A DNA stretch of 64,000 bases from Candidatus Anderseniibacteriota bacterium (GTDB lineage: Bacteria; Patescibacteriota; JAUYIX01): NCBI GenBank assembly GCA_046350855.1, contig JAXLZM010000002.1, positions 78,103 through 142,102 on the forward strand. Reading direction: 5' to 3'. Shown here one piece after another: positions 48,457 to 60,565 of the stretch (position 1 is the first letter of the stretch; every line of letters begins with the position of its first letter). A program made the translations under genes and the position numbers. A model generated the notes under the pieces. It ran no database searches, was not told the origin of the DNA, and worked only from the letters and a program-made list of their open reading frames with translations.

Positions 48457-48856
48457 TGGCTGGGGGACTGGCGTGCAGCCAGTAGAACTTGCTCCCAGGC
48501 AGTTTCTGGCCTACTTGTGAATAACCTGTGGACGTGGTGTAGTAAATGGCTTAAGGAGTTCCCCTACATACCTCTTGACAGTCGTCAAGCGCCTGCGTAT
48601 AGTTTTCCCCATGCACACGGGGGGCCGCGCCCGCTAGCAAACTAAGGACTAACCTGGGTACCCAACATAAGGGGTGCCGGGGTATTTTTTGTTTCTGTTC
48701 AGCCAAATTTGGCTAGTCCTTATTTTTGTCAGCGGAACCCAAATTGCACAGTTTGCCGTACTACAAGCACTCATCTGCTCCACCCCAATCTAAAAGGCCC
48801 ACGTAGTCCCCGCGTGAACGCAACAACAATTTATTACTTAAGTACCACGTAGCTCG

Positions 48857-51800
48857 ATGCCTACCAAAACTGCGCGCACTGCTAAAGCTGGCCCAAGCCA
48901 GAAGGCCAACCAAGGCCAGTCCTTGCGCAAATTCTTTTCTCCGAGTCGCGACGTTAGCGACTTGCCCAACTTAATCGAGATCCAGCTGGACTCCTACCGC
49001 TGGTTTTTGGAGAAAGGCTTGCGCGAACTCTTTGACGAACTCAACCCGATCGAAGATTTTACCCAAAAAGAACTCGAGCTACACTTTTTGGACTACTACC
49101 TCGACGAGGCTAAGTTTGATGAGGTAACCGCCAAGGCGCGCAACACAACTTTTGAGGCACCCTTGCGTGTTAAGGTCCGACTCGTAAACAAGCGCACCGG
49201 AGAAATCAAAGACCAAGAGGTCTTTTTGGGAGATTTTCCGCTCATGACCGATCGCGGCACCTTTATTATCAATGGTGTCGAGCGCGTGATCGTCTCGCAG
49301 TTGATTCGTTCTCCCGGTGTGTATTTTACCAGCGAGACCTCACAGGGCAGCACGTACTACGGAGCAAAACTGATCCCAAACCGCGGTGCTTGGCTTGAGT
49401 TTGATACTGATAGCAACGGAGTGATCTCGGTCAAAATCGATCGTAAGCGCAAAATCGCCGTGACCGCTCTCTTGCGCGCTTTTGGCTACAACACTAATGA
49501 GGAGATTGCTGCACTCTTTAAAGACATCGATAGCGATCCAGATATCAAATACATCGAGGCTACGCTCGCTAAGGATCCTGCCCGCACGCACGCGGATGGT
49601 CTCAAAGAAGTCTACAAGCGTATCCGTCCTGGCGACCTGGCCACCGTCGAAAACGCTAAGCAAATGATCGAGTCAATGTTTTTTGACTTTGATCGTTACG
49701 ACTTTGGACGCGTAGGTCGTTACAAGCTCAACCAGCGCTTTGGCCAAAGCCTCCCGATCGATCGTAAGACTCGAGTGTTCCGCAAAGAGGATCTCATCAA
49801 CATCATCCGCGAGATCATCCGGTTGAACATCGCTCTCGATCCAGCCGACGACATCGACCACCTTGGCAACCGTCGCGTCCGCGCCATTGGTGAGTTGATC
49901 CAAAATAAATTCCGCGTCGGTATGGCGCGTCTCGAGCGCATCGTGCGTGATCGTATGTCGACCCTCGATATCGACACACTGACCCCGGCTCAGCTCATCA
50001 ACGCTCGCCCGGTCATCGCTGCGGTAAAAGAATTCTTTACCAACTCGCAGCTCTCGCAGTTTATGGACCAGACCAACCCGCTCTCCGAGCTCGAGCACAA
50101 GCGTCGTCTCTCGGCCATGGGTCCTGGGGGCTTGTCGCGTGAACGCGCCGGCTTTGATGTCCGTGACGTGCACCCTTCGCACTACGGCCGCATCTGTCCA
50201 ATCCAAACCCCTGAGGGTCCCAACATCGGACTTGTGGGCCACTTGGCCAGCTACTGCCGCATCAACGAGTACGGCTTTTTGGAAACGCCCTTCCGCAAAG
50301 TTGAACGTGAGCTACCCCTCAGCGCTAAAGCACTGATTGGTAAAGCGGTCCGTGCTGAGATCAAAGATGCTGCTGGTAAGGTGGTTCTGCCGAGTGGACA
50401 TACGGTCTCGGCCGCAGATGTAGCGACACTCAAGGCCGCTGGAATTAAAAGTGTGCCGATTAAACCGCGCGTGACGGATGAGATCGTCTATTTGGATGCA
50501 TTTGAGGAAGGTCGCTCGGTGACCGCTCCCGCCACGATCGACATCGATAGCGAGGGATACTTTAAAAATCAAAAAGACCAAGTTCGTTCCAAAGGGGAGT
50601 CCGGTGTTCGTCCTACGGATGTGATCCAGTATGTCGACGTCTCGCCTAAGCAAATTATCTCGGTGGCAACCGCGTTGATTCCGTTTTTGGAACATGACGA
50701 TGGTAACCGCGCCTTGATGGGCTCCAACATGCAACGCCAGGCCGTCTCGACCATTCGGCCCGAGTCGCCCATCGTAGGCACCGGCGTTGAGGCTAAAGCG
50801 GCTATCGACTCCGGTCAGGTCGTCGTGGCAGCCGGAGCTGGTAAGGTCGTGGCCGTGGATGCCAAGCACGTGGAGGTGCTGCAGGACGATGGCAATCTCA
50901 AAAATTACAACCTGCTCAATTTTTCGATCTCCAACCAAAATACTTCGATGCACCAGCATCCGGTCGTCGAAAAAGGCCAGCTAGTCAAAAAGGGTGACAT
51001 TTTGGCGGACGGCGCCTCGACCGATAAGGGTGAACTCGCGCTCGGTCAAAACATTCTGGTTGCCTTTATGGCTTGGAACGGTGGCAACTACGAGGACGCT
51101 ATCTTGATCTCGCAGCGCGTCGTCGAGAACGACCGCTTCTCGAGTGTACACATCGAAAACTTCTCGGTAGATGTGCGCGATACTAAGCTTGGCCCCGAGA
51201 TCGTTACACGTGACATCCCCAACATTGGCGAAGAAAAACTTAAAGATCTCGACGAAGATGGCATCATCCGCATCGGTGCGCAGGTCAGCTCCGGCGATAT
51301 TTTGGTCGGTAAGATCACACCAAAAGGTGAGACCGATCTGACCGCCGAAGAGCGTTTGCTGCGCGCCATCTTTGGCGAAAAAGCCCGTGACGTAAAAGAT
51401 ACTTCGCTCTACCTGCAACACGGTGAGTACGGCAAGGTCATTGACGTCAAAATCTTTAGCCGTGATCAGGGTGACAAACTCCCGACCGGCGTAATCAAAA
51501 CGATCCAAGTCAGCGTGGCACAGTTACGTAAGGTTCAGCCAGGAGATAAGATGGCCGGACGACACGGTAACAAAGGTGTAATCTCGCGCATCGTGCCAGT
51601 CGAAGATATGCCCTTTTTGGAAGACGGTACGCCAATCGACATCGTGCTCAACCCGCTCGGTGTGGCTAGCCGTATGAACCTCGGACAAATTTTGGAGACG
51701 CACCTCGGTTGGGCCGGACTCAAGCTCGGCTACAAAGTGGCCAGCCCTGCCTTTACCGGTGTCGAGGAAGAGCAAATTCATGCCGAGCTCAAAAAAGCCG

Positions 51801-52378
51801 GCATCCCCGACGAGGGCAAGGTCCAACTGACGGACGGTAAGACCGGACATAAGTTCGACTTTAAGACCACGGTGGGTGTCATGTACATGCTCAAGTTGCA
51901 CCACTTGGTTGACGACAAGATGCACCAACGCTCGATCGGTCCCTACTCGCTGGTCACGCAGCAGCCGCTGGGTGGTAAGGCGCAGTTTGGTGGTCAGCGC
52001 TTTGGTGAGATGGAAGTCTGGGCGCTTGAGGGGTATGGCGCCGGTCACACGCTGCAGGAGATGCTCACTATTAAATCTGACGATGTACTCGGTCGCTCTA
52101 AGACCTACGAGGCGATCGTTAAGGGTGAACCGATTCGCAAACCCAACGTGCCTGAGTCCTTTAACGTACTCGTCCGTGAGTTGATGGCCTTGGGTCTGGC
52201 GGTTGAGATGGTGGGTGGTCCGGTCGCAGAAAAAGAGGAGGATACGATGAGTCTCAAGGCTCCTGAGCGTAAACGTGTTACTAAAAAAACAGGCGACAAA
52301 GGGCGCGCGGATAAACGTGGTTCTGCCACGGCCAAAGCCGACAAGGCCAAAGTCGCCGCTAAGCAGAAAGGTAAATAG
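48857..52378 (+). CDS. rpoB: DNA-directed RNA polymerase subunit beta
   Basis: 1173 aa. '[17 protein letters not shown]', '[19 protein letters not shown]', Rif-region '[21 protein letters not shown]'. Confidence 0.95.
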   Translation: MPTKTARTAKAGPSQKANQGQSLRKFFSPSRDVSDLPNLIEIQLDSYRWFLEKGLRELFDELNPIEDFTQKELELHFLDYYLDEAKFDEVTAKARNTTFEAPLRVKVRLVNKRTGEIKDQEVFLGDFPLMTDRGTFIINGVERVIVSQLIRSPGVYFTSETSQGSTYYGAKLIPNRGAWLEFDTDSNGVISVKIDRKRKIAVTALLRAFGYNTNEEIAALFKDIDSDPDIKYIEATLAKDPARTHADGLKEVYKRIRPGDLATVENAKQMIESMFFDFDRYDFGRVGRYKLNQRFGQSLPIDRKTRVFRKEDLINIIREIIRLNIALDPADDIDHLGNRRVRAIGELIQNKFRVGMARLERIVRDRMSTLDIDTLTPAQLINARPVIAAVKEFFTNSQLSQFMDQTNPLSELEHKRRLSAMGPGGLSRERAGFDVRDVHPSHYGRICPIQTPEGPNIGLVGHLASYCRINEYGFLETPFRKVERELPLSAKALIGKAVRAEIKDAAGKVVLPSGHTVSAADVATLKAAGIKSVPIKPRVTDEIVYLDAFEEGRSVTAPATIDIDSEGYFKNQKDQVRSKGESGVRPTDVIQYVDVSPKQIISVATALIPFLEHDDGNRALMGSNMQRQAVSTIRPESPIVGTGVEAKAAIDSGQVVVAAGAGKVVAVDAKHVEVLQDDGNLKNYNLLNFSISNQNTSMHQHPVVEKGQLVKKGDILADGASTDKGELALGQNILVAFMAWNGGNYEDAILISQRVVENDRFSSVHIENFSVDVRDTKLGPEIVTRDIPNIGEEKLKDLDEDGIIRIGAQVSSGDILVGKITPKGETDLTAEERLLRAIFGEKARDVKDTSLYLQHGEYGKVIDVKIFSRDQGDKLPTGVIKTIQVSVAQLRKVQPGDKMAGRHGNKGVISRIVPVEDMPFLEDGTPIDIVLNPLGVASRMNLGQILETHLGWAGLKLGYKVASPAFTGVEEEQIHAELKKAGIPDEGKVQLTDGKTGHKFDFKTTVGVMYMLKLHHLVDDKMHQRSIGPYSLVTQQPLGGKAQFGGQRFGEMEVWALEGYGAGHTLQEMLTIKSDDVLGRSKTYEAIVKGEPIRKPNVPESFNVLVRELMALGLAVEMVGGPVAEKEEDTMSLKAPERKRVTKKTGDKGRADKRGSATAKADKAKVAAKQKGK

Positions 52379-52380
52379 CC

Positions 52381-55300
52381 ATGGCTGGAATTCCATCACT
52401 CTCTACTAAGGGAACCGACTTTGACGAGGTGCAAATCCGCCTCGCCAGTCCCGATGACATCAAGCAGTGGTCGCACGGTGAGGTCACCAAGCCCGAGACC
52501 ATTAACTATCGCACGCAAAAACCGGAGAAGGACGGTCTGTTTAGCGAGGAAATTTTTGGACCAACTAAAGATTGGGAGTGTTACTGCGGTAAGTACAAGC
52601 GTATCCGCTACAAGGGGATCGTCTGTGAAAAATGTGGTGTCGAGGTTACGCGCTCGATCGTGCGTCGCGAGCGTATGGGCCACATCGAGTTGGCCGTGCC
52701 AGTCACGCACATTTGGTTTTTGCGCGGCGTGCCCAGCAAGATCGGTTTGATTTTGGATCTCTCGATTTTGGATCTCGAAAAAGTCGTCTACTTTGCCGCC
52801 TACATTATTACGGATGTGGACGAACGCGCTCGCGAAGAGGCGCTCAAGCAGATTCAGCAAGAATTTAAGGCCAAAAAGGCTGAGATCGACGGTAAATTTA
52901 AACAGTTCCGCGAGCAGCTCAACCTCAAACACACCGCTCGTCTGGCCAAAGCGGCCGAAAAAGAAAAAGGCAGCGCGGCCGAAAAGAAGAAGGCCGAAAA
53001 AGAGTTCAAAGAAGAAGAGGACCGCTTTACCGCCGAACACAAAACCGAGCTTGAGAACTTGAGCGAGGCCTTGGATACCGCTAAACGTGAGCTCAAAGGT
53101 TTGCAACGTCTGCAGGTCATCTCCGAGCTCGAGTACCGCGATTTGTCGGTTAAGTACGGACATGTCTTTAGCGCCGGTATCGGGGCTGAGGCTCTGCGTA
53201 CCCTGGTCGCTAAGATTGATTTGACCCAACTCTCGGTCGAGATCGAAAAAGAACTCGGCACGGCCGTGACCAGTAAGCGCCGTAAACTCAAGCGCCGTCT
53301 CAAGTTGATTAAGTCTATGATTAAGGCCGGAATCCGTCCGGAATGGATGTTCTTGACGGTCTTGCCAATTTTGCCGCCAGATTTGCGCCCAATGGTGCAG
53401 TTGGATGGAGGACGCTTTGCTGCTTCCGACCTCAACGATTTGTACCGCCGCGTGATCAACCGCAACAACCGTCTCAAGCGTTTGATTAAGTTGAGTGCGC
53501 CGGAGGTCATTACTCGCAACGAAAAACGTATGCTGCAAGAGGCCGTGGACGCCTTGATCGACAACAACGCTCGGCGTGGCAAGGCCGTCGCCAGCGCCAC
53601 CGGTCAAAAGCGCACCCTCAAGTCACTGGCTGACATGCTCAAAGGTAAGCAAGGACGATTCCGCCAAAACCTGCTCGGTAAGCGCGTCGACTACTCGGGT
53701 CGCTCCGTCATCGTGGTCGGACCAAAACTCAAGCTCCACCAGTGTGGTCTGCCTAAAAAAATGGCGTTGGAGTTGTTCAAACCCTTTGTGATTGGTCAGC
53801 TCATCAAGCATGAGTACGCCTACAACGTCCGCTCCGCCGGTAAATTGATCGAACAAGGTCGCCCAGAAGTCTGGGATATGCTCGACAAGGTGATTAAGGG
53901 ACAGTATGTGCTCCTCAACCGCGCTCCGACCTTGCACCGTCTTGGTATCCAAGCCTTTGAGCCCGTTTTGATCGAAGGTAAAGCCATCCATGTGCACCCC
54001 TTGGTGTGTGAGGCTTTTAACGCTGACTTTGATGGTGACCAAATGGCCGTCCATGTGCCCCTCACGCGCGCCGCGCAAAAAGAAGCCAAAGAGATTATGC
54101 TCTCGGCTCGCAACATGATTAAGCCGGCCACGGGCGATCCGATCGCGCAGCCTCGTATGGATATGGTGCTCGGCTCCTACTGGACCACAAAACTAATGGC
54201 CGCCAAAGACCCTAAGCGTGTCAAACACTTTGACAGCCTCGACGAGGTCTTGATGGCACGCGCTACCGGTGCGATCACCTACCAGCAAGAGATTCGTGTT
54301 TTGATCGCTGGTACCTGGGTCAACACCTGCGCGGGACGCGTGGCGTTCAACCAGCTCTTGCCGCGCGAGTTGCAGTTCCACAACAAACAGATCGACAAAA
54401 AAGAGATCAAAAAGTTGATGGCCGAGTCGCTGGATCGCTTTGGTATGGAAGAGACGGCCGAGCTCGCCGATCGCATCAAAGATTTTGGGTTTGAACAGCT
54501 GACCGCCTCTGGTTTGTCGTGGGGTATGGCGGATATTCAGACGCCTGAGGGCAAGCACGCCCTGATCAAAAAGGCCGAGGACGAGACGGAGCTGATTCAC
54601 GGTCACTACAAGACCGGTTTGCTCACCGACGAAGAGCGTCGTCTCAAAACGATCGAGCTCTGGCAAGGCGTGCGCGATAAGATCGCGGATTTGGCGCAAG
54701 CTCAATTGGTCCGGATGAACAACTCGGTCTACATGATGGTCACCTCTGGTGCGCGTGGTAACCCCGCCCAGGTCGCCCAGATGATGGGTATGAAAGGCCT
54801 CGTGGCTAACCCAGCCGGTGAGACCATCGAGCTCCCCATTAAGCACAGCTTTAAAGAGGGCTTGGGAGTGTTGGAATACTTCATCTCGACGCACGGTGCT
54901 CGTAAAGGTATGTCCGACACGGCGCTCCGTACCGCTAACGCGGGATACTTGACTCGTCGCCTGGTCGACGTCTCGCAAGATGTCGTGATCACGCACGAGG
55001 ATTGCAAGACCAAAGAGGGTATCGTCTTGACCAAAGCCGACACCGAGAGTCTCGGTTTGCACTTGGCCGGTCGTGTCTGGGGTCGCGTGCTCGCCAGCAA
55101 GATCGTCAACGAAAAAACCGGCGAGGTGGTGGCTAAGGCCAACACTTTGATCGATAAGACCTTGCTTAAAAAGATCGAGGAAGCCGATCCCGAGTTGATC
55201 CGCATCCGTAGCCCGCTCACGTGTGAGGATGCCAACGGTCTTTGCCAAATGTGCTACGGCTACGATTTGGGTCGCAACAAAATGGTTGAACTCGGACAAG

Positions 55301-56439
55301 CCGTCGGTATCGTCGCCGCTCAAGCTATCGGTGAACCAGGTACACAGCTTACGATGCGTACCTTCCACTCCGGTGGTGTGGCCGCATCCGACATCACACA
55401 AGGATTGCCTCGTGTTGAGGAACTGTTTGAGGCCCGTCCGATTAAAAAGCCCGCCATCGTCTCCGAGATCGGTGGACAAGTGGCGATCGAGCAAGAGAGT
55501 AAGCGCGAGCGCGTAATCCGCATTACCTCTAAGGACGTCATCGTCGATCCGTATCCGTTGACCGACAAGGCCAAAATCAAGGTCAAAGCTAAAGACTACG
55601 TTGAGGCTGCGGCCGAACTCGCCTTGGATGGTAGCGGTAAAGACGCCAAAAAAATCACGGCGCGCTACGCTGGTATCGTCAAAAAGATTGAGCCAGGCAA
55701 GCAACTACTCATCACGCGCGAGGGCAGCAATGAGATGGTCTACCGTGTGCCGACCGCTCTGCCGCTCTGGGTCAAAAATGGTGAACTGGTCGAAAAAGGC
55801 CAGCAGTTGACCGAGGGTTCGATCGATTTGTTTGAACTCTTCCGTGTCTCTGGTACCGAGGCCGTCCAGCGCTACATCATCCGCGAGATCCAAAACATGT
55901 ACTCGACGCAAGGTCAGCCCCTCAACGACAAGCACGTTGAGATTATCGTTCGCCAAATGTTACTGCGTAAAGTAGTGCGTGAGGCAGGCGACTCTGAGTT
56001 GCTCGAAGGCGACCTGATCGATAAAAACCAGCTGCGCAAGATCAACGATGAGTTGCGCGCCGGTGGCAAAAAGCCGGTCATTGCGGACGACTTACTGCAG
56101 GGTATTACCAAGGCCAGCCTCTCGACGGATAGCTTCTTGTCGGCTGCCTCGTTCCAACAGACCGCCCGGGTCTTGATCGACGCCGCTATCACCGGCAAGA
56201 CCGATACGCTCAAGGGTCTCAAAGAGAACGTCATTATCGGTCGTGTCATCCCCGCTGGTACCGGCTTTAAGTACTATGCCGATAAGTTTGGGATCAAACT
56301 CTCACCTGAGATGTTGGCTGGTCTCAATGACGAGACTAATCTCGCCACGGCAGGTGTCAGCCAAGGATCTAACATCCCGGTCATCGCCCCGCCTGGTACG
56401 CAGCCGACCGCACAAACCCTCCACGAGGACGAGTTTTAA
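52381..56439 (+). CDS. rpoC: DNA-directed RNA polymerase subunit beta'
   Basis: 1352 aa. Zn finger '[20 protein letters not shown]', catalytic '[12 protein letters not shown]', trigger loop and bridge helix motifs. Confidence 0.95.
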   Translation: MAGIPSLSTKGTDFDEVQIRLASPDDIKQWSHGEVTKPETINYRTQKPEKDGLFSEEIFGPTKDWECYCGKYKRIRYKGIVCEKCGVEVTRSIVRRERMGHIELAVPVTHIWFLRGVPSKIGLILDLSILDLEKVVYFAAYIITDVDERAREEALKQIQQEFKAKKAEIDGKFKQFREQLNLKHTARLAKAAEKEKGSAAEKKKAEKEFKEEEDRFTAEHKTELENLSEALDTAKRELKGLQRLQVISELEYRDLSVKYGHVFSAGIGAEALRTLVAKIDLTQLSVEIEKELGTAVTSKRRKLKRRLKLIKSMIKAGIRPEWMFLTVLPILPPDLRPMVQLDGGRFAASDLNDLYRRVINRNNRLKRLIKLSAPEVITRNEKRMLQEAVDALIDNNARRGKAVASATGQKRTLKSLADMLKGKQGRFRQNLLGKRVDYSGRSVIVVGPKLKLHQCGLPKKMALELFKPFVIGQLIKHEYAYNVRSAGKLIEQGRPEVWDMLDKVIKGQYVLLNRAPTLHRLGIQAFEPVLIEGKAIHVHPLVCEAFNADFDGDQMAVHVPLTRAAQKEAKEIMLSARNMIKPATGDPIAQPRMDMVLGSYWTTKLMAAKDPKRVKHFDSLDEVLMARATGAITYQQEIRVLIAGTWVNTCAGRVAFNQLLPRELQFHNKQIDKKEIKKLMAESLDRFGMEETAELADRIKDFGFEQLTASGLSWGMADIQTPEGKHALIKKAEDETELIHGHYKTGLLTDEERRLKTIELWQGVRDKIADLAQAQLVRMNNSVYMMVTSGARGNPAQVAQMMGMKGLVANPAGETIELPIKHSFKEGLGVLEYFISTHGARKGMSDTALRTANAGYLTRRLVDVSQDVVITHEDCKTKEGIVLTKADTESLGLHLAGRVWGRVLASKIVNEKTGEVVAKANTLIDKTLLKKIEEADPELIRIRSPLTCEDANGLCQMCYGYDLGRNKMVELGQAVGIVAAQAIGEPGTQLTMRTFHSGGVAASDITQGLPRVEELFEARPIKKPAIVSEIGGQVAIEQESKRERVIRITSKDVIVDPYPLTDKAKIKVKAKDYVEAAAELALDGSGKDAKKITARYAGIVKKIEPGKQLLITREGSNEMVYRVPTALPLWVKNGELVEKGQQLTEGSIDLFELFRVSGTEAVQRYIIREIQNMYSTQGQPLNDKHVEIIVRQMLLRKVVREAGDSELLEGDLIDKNQLRKINDELRAGGKKPVIADDLLQGITKASLSTDSFLSAASFQQTARVLIDAAITGKTDTLKGLKENVIIGRVIPAGTGFKYYADKFGIKLSPEMLAGLNDETNLATAGVSQGSNIPVIAPPGTQPTAQTLHEDEF

Positions 56440-56474
56440 GCACAGAGTGCTCGGTTTTACCAAAGGCTAAACTA

Positions 56475-56509
56475 CTAACAAACGACCGGCAGACAGAACC
56501 GGTCGTTTG
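56475..56509 (+). terminator. Rho-independent terminator after rpoC
   Basis: 'aacgaccggcagacagaaccggtcgtt' followed by 'tgtttt'. Confidence 0.55.
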
Positions 56510-56533
56510 TTTTATGATGGTCCTACACTTTCT

Positions 56534-58918
56534 ATGGCTAAGGCTAAAACGAGCAAAAAAAAGGACCAGGCTGCCGAGCCTGCTAGCCCTGCCCGTCGCG
56601 GCGGACGTACGCCGGGGCGGCGTGGCTTAGGACTCAGCACCGATACCCGTCGGGGGATTTGGTCGGTTGTTCTGTTTGCTCTGGCACTCTTGACCCTGCT
56701 CTCCCTGTTTTCGTTTGCCGGCCTGGTCGGCGAGTATTGGCGTAAGTTTTTAGGCTTTTTTGTTGGGTTGGGAACCCTCATCATGCCAGTCGTCTTAGCC
56801 GGGGCGGGACTACTGATTATGCGCGGTCAAAAGATTGAACACATCCGGGCTCGTACAGCCGGTTTTATCACAACGGTTGTGGCGCTCTTGGCGCTTTTTC
56901 ATGTCTGGACCAATACCGGTGAGATGGTCGAGGCAGCCAACGCGGGTCAGGGGGGTGGCTGGATCGGGACCCTCTTGGCTTTGCCACTGCGCGGTGGCCT
57001 CGGTTTGTGGGGAGCGGTGATCGTCCTGATCGCTGTGATGCTGATCGGTATTTTGTTGCTCTTTGATGTCGGAGTCAGCGCCCTCTGGGCTAAATTGCGG
57101 CGCAATCGACCCGCCAAAGAGGACATCCAGGTGCGTGGGATCGAGGAGACCCCCGAGGAGCCTGCCATCAAGACCGAGAAAAAGACGCTACTTGGTTCAC
57201 TCTTTAGTCGTAAAAAGGTTCAGCCGGCTACAGATCAAACGCAGGCTGGGACCGAGGGCAACGCCAATGCAGAGGCTACCGACCTGGCCCAACAAACTCC
57301 CGCAAAACCCGAGCGTGCCAAGGCTGATCCCGAAATCCAAATCCGCAACGTGCCCGACTCGGTTGTCCCTAAGGGCCCAGCTTTGCAAGTTAAAGATATG
57401 CAGTATGAGTTGCCCTCACTCGATCTGTTGGATAGCAAAATGGGCCGACCGACGGCCGGTGATATTAAAGCTAACGTACGCAAGATCCGTCGCACTCTGG
57501 AGAACTTTGGTATCCCCGTAGAGATGGGCGATGTCTCGATTGGACCGACCGTCACGCAGTACACCTTTAAACCCGCCGAGGGGGTCAAGCTCTCGGCCAT
57601 TACCGCGCTACAAAATGATTTAGCGTTAGCCCTGGCCGCCCACCCGGTCCGTATCGAGGCGCCTATCCCGGGTAAATCGCTGGTCGGGCTAGAGGTTCCC
57701 AATGTGGGCGTGGCGCTGGTGCGCCTGCGCGAGATTTTGGCGAGCCAACCGTACCAGAGTGCCAAAGATCCACTCACGATTGGCCTCGGTCGTGACGTAG
57801 CAGGCAACCCTGTCGTGGCCAACCTGGCCAAGATGCCGCACTTGCTGATCGCCGGTGCGACGGGTTCGGGCAAATCCGTAACGATCAACAGCCTCTTGAT
57901 GTCGCTGCTCTTCCGCAACTCTCCCCAGACGCTTAAGCTCATTTTGGTTGATCCTAAGCGGGTCGAACTCACGGCCTACAATAATATTCCGCACCTGGTC
58001 ACGCCTGTTATTACCGAGACCAAAAAAACCGTACATGCCCTGCGCTGGTGTGTGGCCGAAATGGACAAACGCTACGAGTTACTCAACGCCTCGGGTAAGC
58101 GCAACATTTTGTCGTATAACAGCAGTGCGCACGGTCAAAAGTTGCCTTACATAACGGTGGTGATCGATGAGTTGGCCGATCTGATGGCGGTGGCCGCCAA
58201 CGATGTTGAGTCGGCGATCGTACGGTTGGCGCAGATGGCCCGTGCGGTGGGGATTCACTTGGTAGTGGCGACGCAACGTCCTTCGGTCGATGTGATCACT
58301 GGATTGATCAAAGCCAACATTACCTCACGTATGGCTTTTAACGTGGCCTCCTCAATCGATTCGCGCACGATTTTGGATCACGCCGGAGCGGAGAAGCTCC
58401 TTGGTAACGGCGACATGCTCTACATTACGGCCAGTCTCTCCAAACCTAAGCGTATCCAGAGCGCCTTTGTCAGCGAGAGCGAGGTAGAAAAAGTCACCGA
58501 CTTTATCCGCAGCAAAAACGGTGCGCCCGAGTACGTCGAGGCTATCGCCACGGGTCAGGTTGGTGGAGGGAGTGCCGCCTCTGCCGCTGCCATGGGTGCG
58601 GGTGAGGAGAGTGATCCCATGCTCGAAGATGCCAAAAAAGTGATTATCGAAAACCAAAAAGCCTCAGCCTCCCTCTTACAGCGGCGACTCTCGGTGGGCT
58701 ATGCTCGTGCCGCGCGTCTGCTCGACTTAATGGAAGAAAAAGGCTGGATCGGACCGGGCCAGGGGGCTAAACCACGTGAGATCTTTATTGGACGTGACAA
58801 TGGCACGCTCGAGCGTGCCGACGACGCGAGTCTGGACGAGATCCCAACCCCAGACGAAGTTCCGCCACCGCCTGAGGATCCGGACATGCCACCGCCCACC
58901 GAGGACTATCGCGGCTAG
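56534..58918 (+). CDS. ftsK: DNA translocase FtsK/SpoIIIE
   Basis: Basic N-terminus, 4 TM helices, Pro/Thr linker, 'GATGSGKS' Walker A, 'VVIDELADLM' Walker B, C-terminal gamma domain. The start at 56534 is chosen to avoid overlapping the terminator. Confidence 0.9.
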   Translation: MAKAKTSKKKDQAAEPASPARRGGRTPGRRGLGLSTDTRRGIWSVVLFALALLTLLSLFSFAGLVGEYWRKFLGFFVGLGTLIMPVVLAGAGLLIMRGQKIEHIRARTAGFITTVVALLALFHVWTNTGEMVEAANAGQGGGWIGTLLALPLRGGLGLWGAVIVLIAVMLIGILLLFDVGVSALWAKLRRNRPAKEDIQVRGIEETPEEPAIKTEKKTLLGSLFSRKKVQPATDQTQAGTEGNANAEATDLAQQTPAKPERAKADPEIQIRNVPDSVVPKGPALQVKDMQYELPSLDLLDSKMGRPTAGDIKANVRKIRRTLENFGIPVEMGDVSIGPTVTQYTFKPAEGVKLSAITALQNDLALALAAHPVRIEAPIPGKSLVGLEVPNVGVALVRLREILASQPYQSAKDPLTIGLGRDVAGNPVVANLAKMPHLLIAGATGSGKSVTINSLLMSLLFRNSPQTLKLILVDPKRVELTAYNNIPHLVTPVITETKKTVHALRWCVAEMDKRYELLNASGKRNILSYNSSAHGQKLPYITVVIDELADLMAVAANDVESAIVRLAQMARAVGIHLVVATQRPSVDVITGLIKANITSRMAFNVASSIDSRTILDHAGAEKLLGNGDMLYITASLSKPKRIQSAFVSESEVEKVTDFIRSKNGAPEYVEAIATGQVGGGSAASAAAMGAGEESDPMLEDAKKVIIENQKASASLLQRRLSVGYARAARLLDLMEEKGWIGPGQGAKPREIFIGRDNGTLERADDASLDEIPTPDEVPPPPEDPDMPPPTEDYRG

Positions 58919-58926
58919 TCTAAAAC

Positions 58927-60555
58927 TTACTGGGCGATGGTGAGCAGCGAGACCCCGGTCATGTCGGGGTGTTTGGGTAGACCCATCAGCTCCAATACCG
59001 TTGGTGCTACATCCGCCAACACACCCGCCGGCGGATTATAGTAGGACATCAAAGCCTCATCGCTCTTGGGTTGGGGCAGTTTAAATTGAGTAGCCACAAG
59101 GTAAAATGGCACGGCATTGGTCGAGTGCTGCTTATCGATCTCACCCGTCGCAGCGTTGATCAATTCTTCGGCGTTGCCATGATCGGCCGTAATCAAAAGG
59201 GCGCCATTAACACTCAAGACCGCTTGCATCAGTTTGCCGATTTGTTCATCCAGAACCTCGATGGCTTGCGTGGTTGCTTGGAGGTTACCGGTGTGTCCCA
59301 CCATATCGGCGTTGGCGTAATTGGCCACGATGTAATCGTAGGTGCCGGACTGAATCCCTTTGAGAATCGCGTCGGTGATACCGGCAGCACTCATGGCCGG
59401 TTTTTCGTCGTAAGCATTAACCTGCTGGCTCGGGATCAAAACCCGCTCCTCACCCGGAAACGCTTTTTCTGTTCCGCCGTTAAAAAAGAAGGTGACGTGG
59501 GCGTATTTTTCGGTCTCGGCCACATGCAGTTGTTTGCGACCAGCCTCGGATAACACTCGGGCCAGAGGATACCGAACATTTTCTGGTTCAAAGGCGACCG
59601 AGACAGGCAGAGCCTCCTCATACTGGACCATCGTCACAAAAAAGAGGTCGGACAAACGCTCACCCCGGTCAAATTTATCAAAGCTCGGCAGGGCAAAGGC
59701 CTCGGTCAGTTGGCGCTCGCGATCGTTTCTAAAGTTGATGTATACGAGTGCATCACCAGATTTGATTTGCCCCACTGGTGCCTCGTCACCGCCGACCAGG
59801 ATAGTCGGCGAGATCGCCTCATCGTTGAGATTGGCGGCATGCGCTTTTTGGATGGCCTCGCGCGCCGTCGCGGCGGTCTCACCCTTAGCATGCACCATGG
59901 CGTCATAGGCCTGGCCTGTTTTAGCCCACTGTCCATCGCGATCCATCGAAAAATTGCGGCCCATGACCGTAGCAATTTGACCGACATGATTTTCTTGCAG
60001 AGCTTTTTCGACCTCGTCCAAAAAAATTAAGGATGAACGTGGCGGCGCATCGATTCCATCTGTAAAGAGGTGCAGGTAGAGTCGTTCGATTTTTTGCAGG
60101 GCTGCAAATTTAATCATTGCGAGCAAGTGATCGGTATGGGAGTGGATGCCGCCGTTACCGAGGAGGCCCATCACATGCAAGCTGCTCTTGTTTTTTTTGA
60201 CTTGTTCAGCCGCTTGTAAAAAAGCTGGTTTTTTAAAAAAGGTCCCATCCTCGATTGCTAGGGTGATGCGCGGTAGGTTTTGGTAAATCACCAAGCCACT
60301 GCCGAGGGTGCGATGTCCAACCTCAGAGTTACCAAACTCGCCCCAGACCAACCCGACGGTAATCCCGGCCGCCGCGAGTGCCGCACCCGGGTAATTTTGT
60401 TCAATCTGATGAAAATTGGGCCGCTTAGCGAGTGCAATTGGATTACCCTCCGGCAGCGGGCTCAAGCCAAAGCCATCCAGCACGACCAGAACCACCGGCC
60501 TAATTGGCGGCAACGCAGTCGGGGCAGCAGGTGGTGGGGTGCTGTGTAAGGGCAT
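58927..60555 (-). CDS. gpmI: 2,3-bisphosphoglycerate-independent phosphoglycerate mutase
   Basis: 'VVLVVLDGFG…', 'SEVGHRTLGSG', 'ITADHGNAE' metal-binding motifs. Pro-rich N-terminal extension. Confidence 0.85.
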   Translation of the reverse strand: MPLHSTPPPAAPTALPPIRPVVLVVLDGFGLSPLPEGNPIALAKRPNFHQIEQNYPGAALAAAGITVGLVWGEFGNSEVGHRTLGSGLVIYQNLPRITLAIEDGTFFKKPAFLQAAEQVKKNKSSLHVMGLLGNGGIHSHTDHLLAMIKFAALQKIERLYLHLFTDGIDAPPRSSLIFLDEVEKALQENHVGQIATVMGRNFSMDRDGQWAKTGQAYDAMVHAKGETAATAREAIQKAHAANLNDEAISPTILVGGDEAPVGQIKSGDALVYINFRNDRERQLTEAFALPSFDKFDRGERLSDLFFVTMVQYEEALPVSVAFEPENVRYPLARVLSEAGRKQLHVAETEKYAHVTFFFNGGTEKAFPGEERVLIPSQQVNAYDEKPAMSAAGITDAILKGIQSGTYDYIVANYANADMVGHTGNLQATTQAIEVLDEQIGKLMQAVLSVNGALLITADHGNAEELINAATGEIDKQHSTNAVPFYLVATQFKLPQPKSDEALMSYYNPPAGVLADVAPTVLELMGLPKHPDMTGVSLLTIAQ

Positions 60556-60565
60556 CGCTTAGGGA

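Noticed and set aside
52396-55704. Long minus-strand ORFs (403 aa and 503 aa) inside rpoC
   Set aside because: They are antisense shadow ORFs typical of high-GC coding DNA. They are low-complexity and lie entirely within a high-confidence rpoC reading frame.
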